A stretch of DNA of 62,893 nt, filler included, from Vannella sp. (taxonomy: Eukaryota): NCBI GenBank assembly GCA_023345925.1. It is 5 parts of 5 records of this genome, joined end to end, with 100 filler letters (N's around TTAATTAATTAA, not from the genome) between each part and the next. Parts side by side here need not be neighbours in the genome. Positions count along the whole stretch, not along the records: positions 45,825 to 58,243 come from JAJQQN010001444.1; positions 58,344 to 62,893 come from JAJQQN010000582.1; 3 more parts are not named here. The stretch is one strand, 5' to 3'. Positions 46,005 through 59,663 of this stretch are shown here, piece after piece (position 1 is the first letter of the stretch; each line of letters opens with the position of its first letter). The position numbers and the translations under genes were made by a program. The notes beneath the pieces were generated by a model that saw nothing but the letters and a program-made list of their open reading frames with translations, was not told the DNA's origin and ran no database searches.

Positions 46005-46206
46005 GTTAATGATCTCATGCTCATCTCTGGTGTAGGAGGGGGGAGCCTGTACGAACTTACCGCTGGAAAAAGGACAAACCACCGTCGAAGGGCATTTCAC
46101 TATTTTCTAACCAATTCTCCGCATTTGAATGGCGCTGATGGGCTCAAAGTGGGCCCATACTTGAATGGACTCTTTAGTAAAGGGGAAATTGATGAATTGG
46201 GAGTCT

Positions 46207-49200
46207 TCAAAAGTTGGCGCCAGCTTTCATTTTGTTCTCCAGTTGGGTGTTGAAGTTGTGAACTTGCCAGCGGGCTCGCAATTCGATGATCACCACAGAG
46301 AGAGCAATGATAACGATTGCTCCGGCTACTAAGCCTAAAGACACCCACGCAAGTGTATGATCCATGCTCGAAGAGTTGCATGGATCCCTCCTATCACTTC
46401 TTCCTTCATTGCCAGACAAGAGAAGAGCAAAATTGGTAAGGTGTTCCGTTTCTCCACACAAAAGTGATCGTTCGTTCCCCGGGTTCGTCAAGCATTTGTC
46501 TTCGCAGGTCCACTTGGCCTCTCGCTCGTTGTAAAAGCTAAGACATGGCGGGTTTGCTTTGAAAGACTTTGTTTCTTTTGGTGGGGCCAGGCAGATTACC
46601 AGGGGACTGTCCAACAGAGTGATTGACTTACCCCATGCATCTTCCAAAATGATATCCAGAATGATCCCTCCTAATTTTTGATTGGAGAAGTTCTTTGGCA
46701 CGTTGATGGCAAAGGTGATGGTTAGCGTTGTGTTGACTTGGTTACTCAAATGATGGGGAATCAGCAGACTGCCAGCCAAGTACCCCTCCGGTGTAACGAG
46801 TTCCAACCACGTAGATTTCACAGTTTCCTTCGTCACGTTGTTTCCCAGTACAATTTGGAAGAACTCACAGTTGGAGCATTCTTCAGCAAGCTGGCCCAGT
46901 ACAGATGCCCGGGTTACAGTGGGACTTGGTTGGAGAATGGAGATTCTGGAACGGCTTGGAACGGGCAATGCTGAAGTACTGATACTCAAACTATGAAGAA
47001 TTGGGAATTCAGTCATTGAGTAATCAGCGGTCGGGCCAGAAGGGGCACTTGCTTTGGATACAGAGTTTGGGGAAGAAGGGGAGGCGCCTCTTGTTACTCT
47101 GGCAGTCACCGAGACTGGGATGGAAGGGGAGTCAGAAGGCGTTTCAAAAGCAGAAGGGAAAACACTGGGAGTAATCGAGCGGGTTTGGGAGGAGGAAGGA
47201 GTCACGGAGATCGAAAGAGAATTGGAATCAGATGAGGAGGGCGTATCAGAAACAGAAGGGGAATCGCTGGGAGTAATCGAGCGGGTTTGGGAGGAGGAAG
47301 GAGTCACGGAAATTGAAGGAGAATTAGAATCAGAGGCAGAAGAAGAACCAGACGAGGAGGGAGTCTCAGAAACGGAAGGGGAATCGCTGGGAGTAATCGA
47401 GCTGGTTTGAGAGGAGGAAGGAGTCACGGAAAGTGAAGGAGAATTGGAAGGGGTAACTGAAGCAGTTCGAGAGGGCGAAGGAGTTTCTGATTTTGAAGGT
47501 GACTGAGAGGGAGTTACCGAAGAACTAGGACTAGTGCTTGCGGTGACAGAACTAGTCGCTGTGATTGAAGGAGTAAGGCTATTTGATGCAGAAGGGAGAG
47601 ACTGCAAAAGGACAGAAAAATCTCCCTCTCCTACGTCGTAACCAAACACAGCCAATGTCAGCACTGTGTCATTAACAAAATTGTTGGAATAGGTCAGGTT
47701 CGACCCCCTTCTGGGCAGGACATCATCCTGAGCATCCAAACAACTCAAATTACCACAGTCCCCTTCATATAACCAAAGAACTGTGTCAAAGGATGGTGGG
47801 GAGGAGGGAAGATCGGTAGTGACGACCAGTTGCCCGTTTCGACCTGCTGGAATCGCAATGGTGTAGAACACCACCGGTGAGTTATGATTTAGTTGATCAC
47901 ATGGTTGCAGTGCTCTGGTAGTTGTTAAAGAGTTGCTGGTGCGGCCTGGAGTCACCTGACCGACCACCAAAGCCTCAGCAGTACTACATTCCGAATTTGG
48001 AGGCGTTCCACTCTCTCTTACTTTGAGGTACACTCGGCCCATCTTATCTTGAGGACTGCGGACGGCCACCATAAACTCCGTACCGAGAGACTCGTTCATC
48101 CCAGTGGAAAGTTGGCTGCATCCTCCTGTTTCTTGGGCCAAGAAGCACTGCCACGAGCCACTCATCTTCTTCCAGATAACCATGTGTGTTTCCAAATCAG
48201 TCTCTTTCTCACAAGTACTGAAAAGTGGCTTTGAGTTGGTGACATTAGTGACAAAGTAGCCATACTCAGCCGGTAGACTTAATCCCAGCACTCCACAAGG
48301 TGGAAGGCCAAATGTAGAACTTGTGTTGGTGGAGAAGAATGGATGAATAAAGAGGGGCAATGCTTCGTCGCTTGTCATTCGCCTGAAAACGGGATCTCGT
48401 CCCGCAGGATCAAACTCTTCCGCCGAAAGGGAGAACCCTTCTCCGAAGGTTTCGCTGTTATCGAAAGGGAACCAATAGATATCATTGACTTTTCTTGGAT
48501 TCTCTGCGATAGAATTGACTGCTTGCACAGCAACGTAAAGGGTCGAGTATGCCGGGTCCATCTCAGGACCAAAAAGATATACCTCTCCTTGTCCTTGGCA
48601 AGCGCTGTTATCTGATATCAGGCAAATCAGCTGATTATCTTTCTTGGCATAGACTGTCACGATTGTCTGACCGAGGGGTTTGGAGTTGTCACAGGTGCTG
48701 AAGAGAAGGGTGTTGTTTGGGTTACTTCGGGTGAAAGTGAAGAGTTGAATTGGCTGCAACGAAAATTGGAGAGGGCAAACAGGCAGTTCAGAGTTTGTCA
48801 GAAGTTTCTTCCCTCTCGTAGAGCCAAGTATAGTGTCTCCGTTTTTGATGGGAGTGGAGGAGTTTAGAGTTGCACCTCTTGGTCTTGCTTCAGCCCCATG
48901 CCCGTAATAATACTCACTAGGAAGCTCTTCAACGAGGATACTGTAAGGGGAGGATGGCGGCGTGCCTCTGAAAGCAGTCACGACAACCAAAATCTCCATC
49001 CCACTCAAGGGCTTGAAGATTGGATTCCCCCGGTAGTCCCTCTGGTGGAGAATCGTTTTGGCGACATTCCACCAGGGATACGTGTACATTTCGTTATCGC
49101 TTCGTATTTCGGTGAGTTGGCCAGCTATCCGAGTGAAGAGGTGCATCACCATTGTAGATGCTCCGGACAATGTAAGGCGAAGTTCCGGGTAAGAGTCTTC

Positions 49201-52200
49201 CAGCACGTATCGGAAAAAGGTTGGATTAGGTAAGAAGAAGTCAGGGCTGAAGCCAAGATCCCAGGTGATGTAAAAGGACTGGTAGAAGTTGTAAAACTGT
49301 CCGATTTCCCTGTTTTTTAGGAGAGGCGCGTTGGCAATGTCTATGGAGAGCTCCTTGAAAGGTCCCTCATGGATAATAATTTCAAAAGAGCCGGTTCCTT
49401 GAACTGCAATCATGATTTCGAGACCGGAGTGAAGGCCTTTGACTGGTGCCAAGAAGGATGATCTAGATTGGAAGCATTCCAGAATGCCACAGGTCCCGTT
49501 GAACACAGAAATGAGCAGGGGATATGGAAAGTCACTCGACGCTGAGATCACTATGGGGAGGGAGCTGTTGGCAGTGTAGCGAAACATCAGTGCTGTCTGG
49601 GGAGGGGCCCCAGGAGGGAAGAAATAATTGAACGGACATAAAGTGATATTGTTCATCTCCAGAGTTTCCACAAAGCCATCCATATTGACCAGGTGCGCTT
49701 GGTGAGGTACTCCCAAACTTAAAGGCAACGCTCCGTTGCACAAATTCGGAATCATTTGGTTCACAAACTCATCGATCTTGATCTCAAATGTTGCCATTCC
49801 TTTTGTTTTACCTTTGCCCGTGTTGTAGACTGTGATCAACAGTTCTACACCTGCTGGTAACGCTAGATTGTAAAAAGGATGGGTTGCCGGTGTTTGAAAG
49901 GGTCCAAGGATACAAGATGTGTTGCAACCATTCCTCAGATGAATGCTAAAGGGGAAAATGTCATGGGTAGGGTCATTCGACGATGAGATAACTGTGATGA
50001 ATAAAGTGCTGTTAGACAGTGTGGTGTTGAAAGAATACATCAGCGCTTGGGTAGTTGCAGTGCAGTCTAATAGCATTTCCATCCCCAAACGTTGGGACAA
50101 TCGAAAATCGCCCGGAGAAGGCTGTTTCACTTGCATAGAAACTGCATTTTCGCATCTATCATTTACGTCCGACACGTGACTCACCATCAAACTGAAAGAA
50201 CCACGTTCTTCAAAGGTCAGTCCCGAGACGGACACAAATAGCTCCTCTTCTTGTTGTTCGGATAAGCTCACGAAAACTCGCCTGCCGGACTGACATGGAC
50301 CCCAAAATGGATGCAACGAGATGGGGAGGCATCTCCGCATCTGGCAAGATCCCGTGAAGGCCGACAACTGTGTTGGAAACTCTGTTGCTATTGAACATGA
50401 GCTGATTTCAGTTTTCCCTTTCCCCACGTATCGGTAGAATAGAATAGATCCGAAGCCATCTGGTACACACGGCTGGTCTTTGATTGCTCCAAAGAACTGG
50501 CGACTAGTGTTTCCACGAAGTGGTAGTGCGTGATGGAGTAACTCTGCGTGGGAACAAACGTCGTTCGTTTCAGGGAGTAGAAGCTCCTCAATGATAATGG
50601 AACCTCCAGAAATGGTTCTATTTGGTAGAAGACTTGAATGAACAATCACGACCAAAAGCCTATCAAATCGAGTGAGCCCTTCCAAAGTCAGAGAGCCTCT
50701 TGTTATCGTCCCGGCACAGACCGGACCAGTATCTTTCTCGAAGAAAAGGGCAGCAGTCGCTTCGATATCGGTCATTGTCACTTTGACTCTCTGGTAGTCA
50801 AGGCTAGGAGAGAATGCAAATGTCTGTTGGACAAGTGGGAAATTGATAAGACAGTCACTGGGAAGTCCAAAAGAGGGAAGCGTTTCAGTTGCGTTGATCC
50901 CATTAAGATCCACCTTCTCTCCGGTTAACACGGGGGTCGCCAACTCGAAGAGACTCGGTTGTTTTACGTGAATTGTGAATGATGATATGAGGTCAGGATC
51001 TTCGTCTGAAGTGATTGCCAGCATGAACTCACGGGCATTGAATTTCAACGGAGCACAACCCGTAAATGGGTAATAACTCTCGACGCAAGTTTGGCAATCG
51101 GTGGATGTAATAATCACACTAATTCTTGCAGAACAGCAAACATCAACGCTGATCAGGGAAGTATACCGTCCGGCGTACACGTAGGTCTGGACCAATTGCT
51201 GTCCACCACAAGAAGGATTTACTAGGCTCATGAGTGACCAAGCTTCGGCGGTGTCCCCCAAAGTGATTTTGTTGTTGACAAGGCCAATGGCATTCGAGCA
51301 GTCCGTGTTTCTCCCTGGAGATGTCGTTGTAGTGGCCAAGGTGAAAGGTCCACTTGCTTTCTCAAATCCATATACTGCCAATGTCAATACGGTTCCTGGA
51401 CTCTGGCTCAAGCGGACTTGCAAGCTTGATGATGTGCCACAGTTTGGTGAATCGTCCAGTTCTGACAAGCACTTGAGGTTTTGGCAAGTTCCCTCAAAAA
51501 GAGCCAGGTATGTGTCCAATCCGGATGTTCCACAGGTGCTAAAAGTAACTGTGGTGGAACCATTGGGAACTACAAAATAGAAGAGAAGAACCGGAGACTC
51601 ATATGGAAAACCACAAAATGGAAGTTCAGACGCCAATAAAGCTGCGTTTCGGGTGTCTCTGCTAATTGACGATCCGGAAAAGACTTGTTCTGCAAGAGAG
51701 CATGCTTCGTCGACACTTGGTGCCAGTGCTCGTGCTTTGAGCAGAATTTCGAAGGTAGCGTCAGGCAGTACAATCTCCGCCGGAAGCAAAATTACTATCA
51801 TTAACTGGACAGGAAATAAAGAAAACTCCGCAATGACAAGAACAGGTGCGGAGCAATCTGTGAAGCCAGATCCCAGGCATCTTAGATTGTTGCAACCTGC
51901 TGAAGAATCAAACACCAGAAGAGAGAGGTTTGCACTTGTGCACGGGCCGCATGATTCAATGGAGTACTCTCCTGGTGGTACGGTTGCCACAAAGAACTCA
52001 GCCTTCCAAGAAGGATTGCTGTGCCCGCAAGAAGGAACAGATCCCAATGACTTGGAGTTGGAAGAAGAAATGAACCCTTGAGAGACCTTCCGCAAGTTCA
52101 GGGCATTCGGAATCGCGCACGACGAACCGAATGGCGGGATTTCGGAGACGATTAGGGTGAACGCAGCAACAATATCCTTTGTCTGTACTCCAATGAAGAG

Positions 52201-54999
52201 CTTAGTGCCGGTTGTGTAGGTGTTGTTCAGGTAAAAGACCAGGCGCCCTTGCTTCTCACATCCATTGGTGTTGTATCCCAGTAGAACGAGAGAATCACAC
52301 GGCCCAGAGAACAAGCTGACGATTGTGGACAACTCCGAATGATCACAAGTGCTAATATCAAGGGACATTCCCGGATTCGTGATTCTGTATGCAAAAAACT
52401 CTATGGGAGAATCCATCAGCAAACTAGGGAAGTAGGGAACAGGATTGCTCAAGTTTTCAACTAGATTGGTCCCCATCGGAAAGCCCTGCAAAGGTTTACC
52501 AGCCAGGATGGTAGTCGAGTTCTCACATGGGAACAGATCTTTCTCCACTCCTTCGACTTGGTAGCTTGAGGTGAATTCGCTTACTTGCAACAGGAACGGG
52601 CCTTCTAGTGATTGGGCTTGAACGGCAAAAAAGAGATCAGTTCCTTTTGGGAATATGTTCGACACTGAGGATTGAATGAGAATGTCTTCCTTGCTTGAAC
52701 AGCTTGAAACAACGTTGGGGAATGGATGAAGTGTAAGCGTGCCTCCACACGTTCCACTAAAGAGATACAATTGTACTGGAGTAGGAGAGCCGCAGGTCGT
52801 TGCGTGAATGCCGCTGGCTGATTCTTGCTTCCGGTAGCGGAACAAAGCTATCTTCCCAATGAGGTTTGGATCCAAGTCTATTCCTGAAGTTGTTGGGGAT
52901 GTAGACATATCTCCAGATACAGGAATGCCATTGAGAAGCGATTTTGCACTGCTGCAGTTGTAAGTAGACTCTTCAACTGGTGCTTCAGTAGCAACGATTG
53001 TGGCCACTCCTTCAGTTAGAACAGCAACATGAATGCTGCTTCCGTTGTATACGCCTTCAACTAGGACCATGCAGCTTCCAGTTTCTGTGAAACAAACCGG
53101 AGATTCGCAGCCTCCTACATAGATCGAGATACGGGGAGAGGAAAATGGCAGGAAGTCTGTGTTGGATGCACATGCACTCACGATTGCTCGGCCATTGGGA
53201 AAGAACTGAAAAGGGGTGGCGACCTCACTCAATTGACCAATTGGCACAGACGCGCTGGAGTTACACACTGGCAGATTCAAGGATTTGAGAGTCATCCTTC
53301 CGGATAGCTGGGAGACGCGTCGATTAGAGGTTAAGAGTGTTGCGTTGTCGCATGACAAAGGGAGAACAGGGCGTTCTTCTAGAAGAAGCTCAAATCTGTC
53401 TCGGACCATATCAGGCAGAACAAAAACAAAAAACTCAGTTCTTGAGGATGAGGATGACGCCTTTGCGGAGGAGCTAGCCCAGCATTCGTTGATTTGCGAC
53501 GGCTGAGGATATGAAGTGCATCCAGTCCGAATCCCAACCTTAGGTTTACCAAAACTGTTTTGGCACAATGAAGCGGAGATTGTGCTCGAAGGGTGAGTCG
53601 TTTCATGGAGATACCAAAGTACTACGAGCTGGATGTCACTTCTAACAAGTCGGAGATCTCCAAAGACAGGGACGTCACTTAGAATTGGCAGAGCCAGGTT
53701 GCATTCGTCGTTCAGAGGGTTGATTGGATTAGCTTGAATTGAAAGGAAACCTCTGGTTGCTTCGGAATTGTAGACAGCAATGGTAAGTTGGGTTCCAGGG
53801 GCCAGTAAAGTTACATCCACGAGCTGACCGGGGGTGCGATCGGGACAAGCTCTGATGCTTTCTGGGGCATAGCACTCCAAAGCATCACATGATCCAGTTA
53901 GAACTGCCAAAGAAGAACCAGAAGAGGTTCTCCCACCCGAGACTAGCTGTTGACATGCTGAGAAACGGGTTGGTCCCTCAATCTTGTAAGTGAAATAGAA
54001 TGCACTTCCACCTTGAAACTTGGGACAAGGCAACGATTTGGAATGGTTCGTATGAAATGGGAAGGACGGCCCTTCAAGGTAAAGAAGTCCAGGACTCAAG
54101 GCAATTGCACTGTCACAAGCTAGGTTGTCATCCATTGGTATCATTTCTTGGATACTCAGAGAAGCACTAACTGGAGATTGAGTGGCAGGTTCACCAAAGA
54201 GGAAGGCTACTAGAAGGTCCTCCCCTTTTGGAAAGGTGTGTTCTGGGTCTCTAGGGAAAGAAGAAAGACTTTCATAACGAAAGATCAACTCACTGCACAT
54301 CACGGGATTGCACCCGTTAGCCCGATAGAAGACTACAGCGCAGGGATACATAGAAGCTTGGAAGTTGAGCAGTAGTTCTCTGTGGTTCTCCTTGGGAACG
54401 TAACGCCCAACAGCAAGTACGTGGGCAAACTCAGGGTGGCAATTGGGGAGATTCCAAGCCTCGACTGGACTCAAAGAGGCTGATGCAGCGAAAGAAGTGT
54501 CAGGTTGATAGAAGCTGCTGTTGCAAAAGGAGGACTCCTCCACTCGAATAGTGAAGTTGAGGTTGGGCAAACTAAGGTCAGTCTCTTGGACTGCAAACAC
54601 AAGAACGCGGTTTGCAGTTTTGAAAGAAACACTCCTCGTAGTGGACGGCCCCCCTTGTTCAGAGACTGCAGGACAGGGGTAGAGACGGAAGCAATCGTCT
54701 CCCACAAGGAAAGCGTCGAAGGCAACGAAATCAGAGGCGTTCACGTACACCTCGAAGGGGAGATTTTGATGGATACCTTTGGTCCCATTAAACAGATAGA
54801 ACACTGCTCGTTGCATAGAGTCCGCGGAAGGAAGACATCTCCCTCCAAAGTTGTAGACGCTGGTAGTTTGGGAAGGTGGAATACCAAAGAGAGACCCGCT
54901 CACTAGCTGTCCTACTTCAATTGGTATGAAGGGCGTGAGCTGGCACTGCGCAGAAACTACTGCGACGAGGGAGAGAGCAAGTAGCAAGCAAAAGTGCAT
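46207..54999 (-). CDS. Giant (~2930 aa) intronless surface protein: signal peptide, many Cys-containing 'NDxCxxA..L / STC..DT.L..F.G.C..L.C' (PPC/CUB-like) modules, Ser/Thr/Pro stalk, GAIN/GPS, single TM
   Basis: MHFCLLLALSLVAVVSAQ signal peptide; repeated modules; WTCEDKCL...LLCGETEHLTNFALLL; TM WVSLGLVAGAIVIIALSVVII. Confidence 0.88.
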   Translation of the reverse strand: MHFCLLLALSLVAVVSAQCQLTPFIPIEVGQLVSGSLFGIPPSQTTSVYNFGGRCLPSADSMQRAVFYLFNGTKGIHQNLPFEVYVNASDFVAFDAFLVGDDCFRLYPCPAVSEQGGPSTTRSVSFKTANRVLVFAVQETDLSLPNLNFTIRVEESSFCNSSFYQPDTSFAASASLSPVEAWNLPNCHPEFAHVLAVGRYVPKENHRELLLNFQASMYPCAVVFYRANGCNPVMCSELIFRYESLSSFPRDPEHTFPKGEDLLVAFLFGEPATQSPVSASLSIQEMIPMDDNLACDSAIALSPGLLYLEGPSFPFHTNHSKSLPCPKFQGGSAFYFTYKIEGPTRFSACQQLVSGGRTSSGSSLAVLTGSCDALECYAPESIRACPDRTPGQLVDVTLLAPGTQLTIAVYNSEATRGFLSIQANPINPLNDECNLALPILSDVPVFGDLRLVRSDIQLVVLWYLHETTHPSSTISASLCQNSFGKPKVGIRTGCTSYPQPSQINECWASSSAKASSSSSRTEFFVFVLPDMVRDRFELLLEERPVLPLSCDNATLLTSNRRVSQLSGRMTLKSLNLPVCNSSASVPIGQLSEVATPFQFFPNGRAIVSACASNTDFLPFSSPRISIYVGGCESPVCFTETGSCMVLVEGVYNGSSIHVAVLTEGVATIVATEAPVEESTYNCSSAKSLLNGIPVSGDMSTSPTTSGIDLDPNLIGKIALFRYRKQESASGIHATTCGSPTPVQLYLFSGTCGGTLTLHPFPNVVSSCSSKEDILIQSSVSNIFPKGTDLFFAVQAQSLEGPFLLQVSEFTSSYQVEGVEKDLFPCENSTTILAGKPLQGFPMGTNLVENLSNPVPYFPSLLMDSPIEFFAYRITNPGMSLDISTCDHSELSTIVSLFSGPCDSLVLLGYNTNGCEKQGRLVFYLNNTYTTGTKLFIGVQTKDIVAAFTLIVSEIPPFGSSCAIPNALNLRKVSQGFISSSNSKSLGSVPSCGHSNPSWKAEFFVATVPPGEYSIESCGPCTSANLSLLVFDSSAGCNNLRCLGSGFTDCSAPVLVIAEFSLFPVQLMIVILLPAEIVLPDATFEILLKARALAPSVDEACSLAEQVFSGSSISRDTRNAALLASELPFCGFPYESPVLLFYFVVPNGSTTVTFSTCGTSGLDTYLALFEGTCQNLKCLSELDDSPNCGTSSSLQVRLSQSPGTVLTLAVYGFEKASGPFTLATTTTSPGRNTDCSNAIGLVNNKITLGDTAEAWSLMSLVNPSCGGQQLVQTYVYAGRYTSLISVDVCCSARISVIITSTDCQTCVESYYPFTGCAPLKFNAREFMLAITSDEDPDLISSFTIHVKQPSLFELATPVLTGEKVDLNGINATETLPSFGLPSDCLINFPLVQQTFAFSPSLDYQRVKVTMTDIEATAALFFEKDTGPVCAGTITRGSLTLEGLTRFDRLLVVIVHSSLLPNRTISGGSIIIEELLLPETNDVCSHAELLHHALPLRGNTSRQFFGAIKDQPCVPDGFGSILFYRYVGKGKTEISSCSIATEFPTQLSAFTGSCQMRRCLPISLHPFWGPCQSGRRVFVSLSEQQEEELFVSVSGLTFEERGSFSLMVSHVSDVNDRCENAVSMQVKQPSPGDFRLSQRLGMEMLLDCTATTQALMYSFNTTLSNSTLFITVISSSNDPTHDIFPFSIHLRNGCNTSCILGPFQTPATHPFYNLALPAGVELLITVYNTGKGKTKGMATFEIKIDEFVNQMIPNLCNGALPLSLGVPHQAHLVNMDGFVETLEMNNITLCPFNYFFPPGAPPQTALMFRYTANSSLPIVISASSDFPYPLLISVFNGTCGILECFQSRSSFLAPVKGLHSGLEIMIAVQGTGSFEIIIHEGPFKELSIDIANAPLLKNREIGQFYNFYQSFYITWDLGFSPDFFLPNPTFFRYVLEDSYPELRLTLSGASTMVMHLFTRIAGQLTEIRSDNEMYTYPWWNVAKTILHQRDYRGNPIFKPLSGMEILVVVTAFRGTPPSSPYSILVEELPSEYYYGHGAEARPRGATLNSSTPIKNGDTILGSTRGKKLLTNSELPVCPLQFSLQPIQLFTFTRSNPNNTLLFSTCDNSKPLGQTIVTVYAKKDNQLICLISDNSACQGQGEVYLFGPEMDPAYSTLYVAVQAVNSIAENPRKVNDIYWFPFDNSETFGEGFSLSAEEFDPAGRDPVFRRMTSDEALPLFIHPFFSTNTSSTFGLPPCGVLGLSLPAEYGYFVTNVTNSKPLFSTCEKETDLETHMVIWKKMSGSWQCFLAQETGGCSQLSTGMNESLGTEFMVAVRSPQDKMGRVYLKVRESGTPPNSECSTAEALVVGQVTPGRTSNSLTTTRALQPCDQLNHNSPVVFYTIAIPAGRNGQLVVTTDLPSSPPSFDTVLWLYEGDCGNLSCLDAQDDVLPRRGSNLTYSNNFVNDTVLTLAVFGYDVGEGDFSVLLQSLPSASNSLTPSITATSSVTASTSPSSSVTPSQSPSKSETPSPSRTASVTPSNSPSLSVTPSSSQTSSITPSDSPSVSETPSSSGSSSASDSNSPSISVTPSSSQTRSITPSDSPSVSDTPSSSDSNSLSISVTPSSSQTRSITPSVFPSAFETPSDSPSIPVSVTARVTRGASPSSPNSVSKASAPSGPTADYSMTEFPILHSLSISTSALPVPSRSRISILQPSPTVTRASVLGQLAEECSNCEFFQIVLGNNVTKETVKSTWLELVTPEGYLAGSLLIPHHLSNQVNTTLTITFAINVPKNFSNQKLGGIILDIILEDAWGKSITLLDSPLVICLAPPKETKSFKANPPCLSFYNEREAKWTCEDKCLTNPGNERSLLCGETEHLTNFALLLSGNEGRSDRRDPCNSSSMDHTLAWVSLGLVAGAIVIIALSVVIIELRARWQVHNFNTQLENKMKAGANF

Positions 55000-55770
55000 G
55001 CGAGGAGGAGAATGACAAGGTTTGGGCGGCGCCACCCAAAATCGCCAAAAATGGTCTTTACTCCAAAAATAGATCAATTGAGCTGTTCCAGTGAGGGCGT
55101 GACTGCCAAAAAGACCGGTTAGATCCATAACTATCACATTTTTCATCTTGAAGTATGACTGATTCGTTGGGATGACGTTCGCACCAAGCTTTTCCAAAAA
55201 AAAATGCAGTCAAACGCTCTCCAGGGTGTGAAGGAAATCTACTTGCATCAACATATACCTAATGAGACCGCATAAAGCATAGAAACCAAATTATTCCCCC
55301 CGCGTCGAATGGGTGGAAAGCCTATCACTTTCTTCAGAAAAAAGTGATGATTCGGGTACTGGCCGATTAGTGTCCATCTCCAAAGATAAAGTCGTTTAGA
55401 TACTTTAACACTTGATGTATGAATACAGTTTGTGATCACGCGGTCCATCACACTGAAGAGAAATTGTAAGTGTTCGAAAAAGACAGTTTTTGGCGGATTC
55501 CGGAAAAACTTGGTGCGAACGATTAATAGTCGTTTGGGGTGTTCCTCTCCCTGCTCTTCTCAATAAGTTTGAAGTCCTTGATGTCAAATCCTGCGGGAGT
55601 CGATCTTCGGCAGGAGGAGCAGCATCTTGCATCCTATCTTCAGCAGGGCTCAATCTCATACCATCTACAAGTAACTGAGAAGCAACCTCTCGACTTCCAA
55701 TGAGATTCGCCAGTGGAAGAGCTTCCAGGAATCAGAAGACCCCGACAAAAATGAAAAACCAGTCATATAA

Positions 55771-58158
<2,388 letters not shown>

Positions 58159-58243
58159 CATCTTCCCGATAAAGACAGCTTTTCTAGGAATTGGAGAAAA
58201 TTTCGGGTGACCTTTCCTCTCACCAATGAGCATTTCCTTCTGG

Positions 58244-58343
58244 NNNNNNNNNNNNNNNNNNNNNNNNNNNNNNNNNNNNNNNNNNNNTTAATTAATTAAN
58301 NNNNNNNNNNNNNNNNNNNNNNNNNNNNNNNNNNNNNNNNNNN
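58244..58343. other. Artificial contig-joining spacer
   Basis: N-TTAATTAATTAA-N. Confidence 0.98.
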
Positions 58344-58473
58344 ACCAATCTTCGTTCCTCTCGAAAGAACGGGACAGGGTGTGGAGGCTTGTGTTTATTC
58401 ACCCAAAGGCAATGAACTGTAGTTTACAACTCCTGATTACTTCGTTGTCAGAGGAGCGTCTCGTCCAGCTACA

Positions 58474-59497
58474 TTACTTTCTGACGAAAGTGCGACCAGA
58501 AGCAACCTTCTTTGCCTTCTCAGCAATGGGATCGGGTCTGGCGCGGTTGAGGACTTGCAACCAAGAAGCAACCTTGGCGCGCATGCGGTTGTGCATGTAG
58601 GCCTTGGAGCACTTAATGTGGTAGTGGAGGTAGTTGCGGAACGTCTCCAAAAGGTTGATGGTCTTGAAAACATTCTTAGGGTTCAAGTGCTGCTCGAAGA
58701 CAACCATGGAGACGAAGCCGTTGCTCTCAACGTTCTTCAGGCCTCCGTAGTTCTCCAACTCGAGTGGGGCCTCCTTGTACTTGAAGTTAATGGAGGGAAC
58801 ACCACGCATGTTCTTGCGGGCGTCAGCAAACTCCTGCAAGAAGACCTTAGCGAAGACGGCATCCGCATCATCAGAGAAGGAAATGGAGTAGATAACAGTG
58901 CAGCTATCAGCCTCGGGCTTCAGGTAGATGGACTCATTGCCTCTGTAGTCCAGAGCGACAATCTGGGGGCTGGCAGTCTTGGCAACAATGTCAGCGAAGA
59001 CCTTCTTGAAAGGCGCAGCAAACAGGTGGCGCTTGAGGTTGCTGATCTTCAGGGGGAGGTTCTCTGAACATTGAGTGAGAACTCGCTAAAAATACGAGAA
59101 AATGGCTGCTGCAAATGAACGTACTGGGGTCCTCAGGGGGGCTGGCAAGGTCAACGTGAAGGGTGACATTGTACTTGGCCTCGGGGGAGGCCTGGAGCAT
59201 AGGGCCGTAGATCTTCTTCAGGTCTTGAGCACCACCAAGTTGGAGGAGTTGAGGAGCAGCTGACCAAGCCATGGAGACCGACAGGAGGTTGGGGACAGCT
59301 GGGTCGGGGGTGCTGACGCGGAAGGAGACGCCATCAAAGTCAACGAAAACAGTGTCAACAGCTTCGTGCTTGGTACTATATCTCCCTGGTGAGTGACTGA
59401 ACCTTCAGGGGCCGACCATGAGTTGGCCAACTCACGCTTCGAATCTCTGTTCCAACATCTCGAACAAGATGCGATTATTGAACTCCAAAAGAATCAT
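58474..59497 (-). CDS. ARPC2: Arp2/3 complex subunit 2 (p34-Arc), 2 introns
   Basis: MILLEFNNRIL, DFDGV.F, LKRHLFAAPF, YRGNE.IY, AKVFLQEF.DAR, FRNYLHYHIKCSKAYMH.RMR, ASGRTF. Confidence 0.96.
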
Positions 59498-59663
59498 GTC
59501 TAACCCCACGCCATGAGCTTCAAGAGTGGAAACCTAGCGAGGGCACGCTGACCTTGCCTTCCTCGAGAGCTGAAAAATGAAAGCACGCGCTCAGAAGCGA
59601 TGGTCTGTGGGCCAATCAAAGTTGACGGAAGCAAAATATCTCCCCTTCAAGAAGAATGCCACC

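Noticed and set aside
40886..54999. Apparent tandem pair of GPS surface-protein genes
   Set aside because: They lie on different contigs separated by a spacer, so the adjacency is not evidence of clustering
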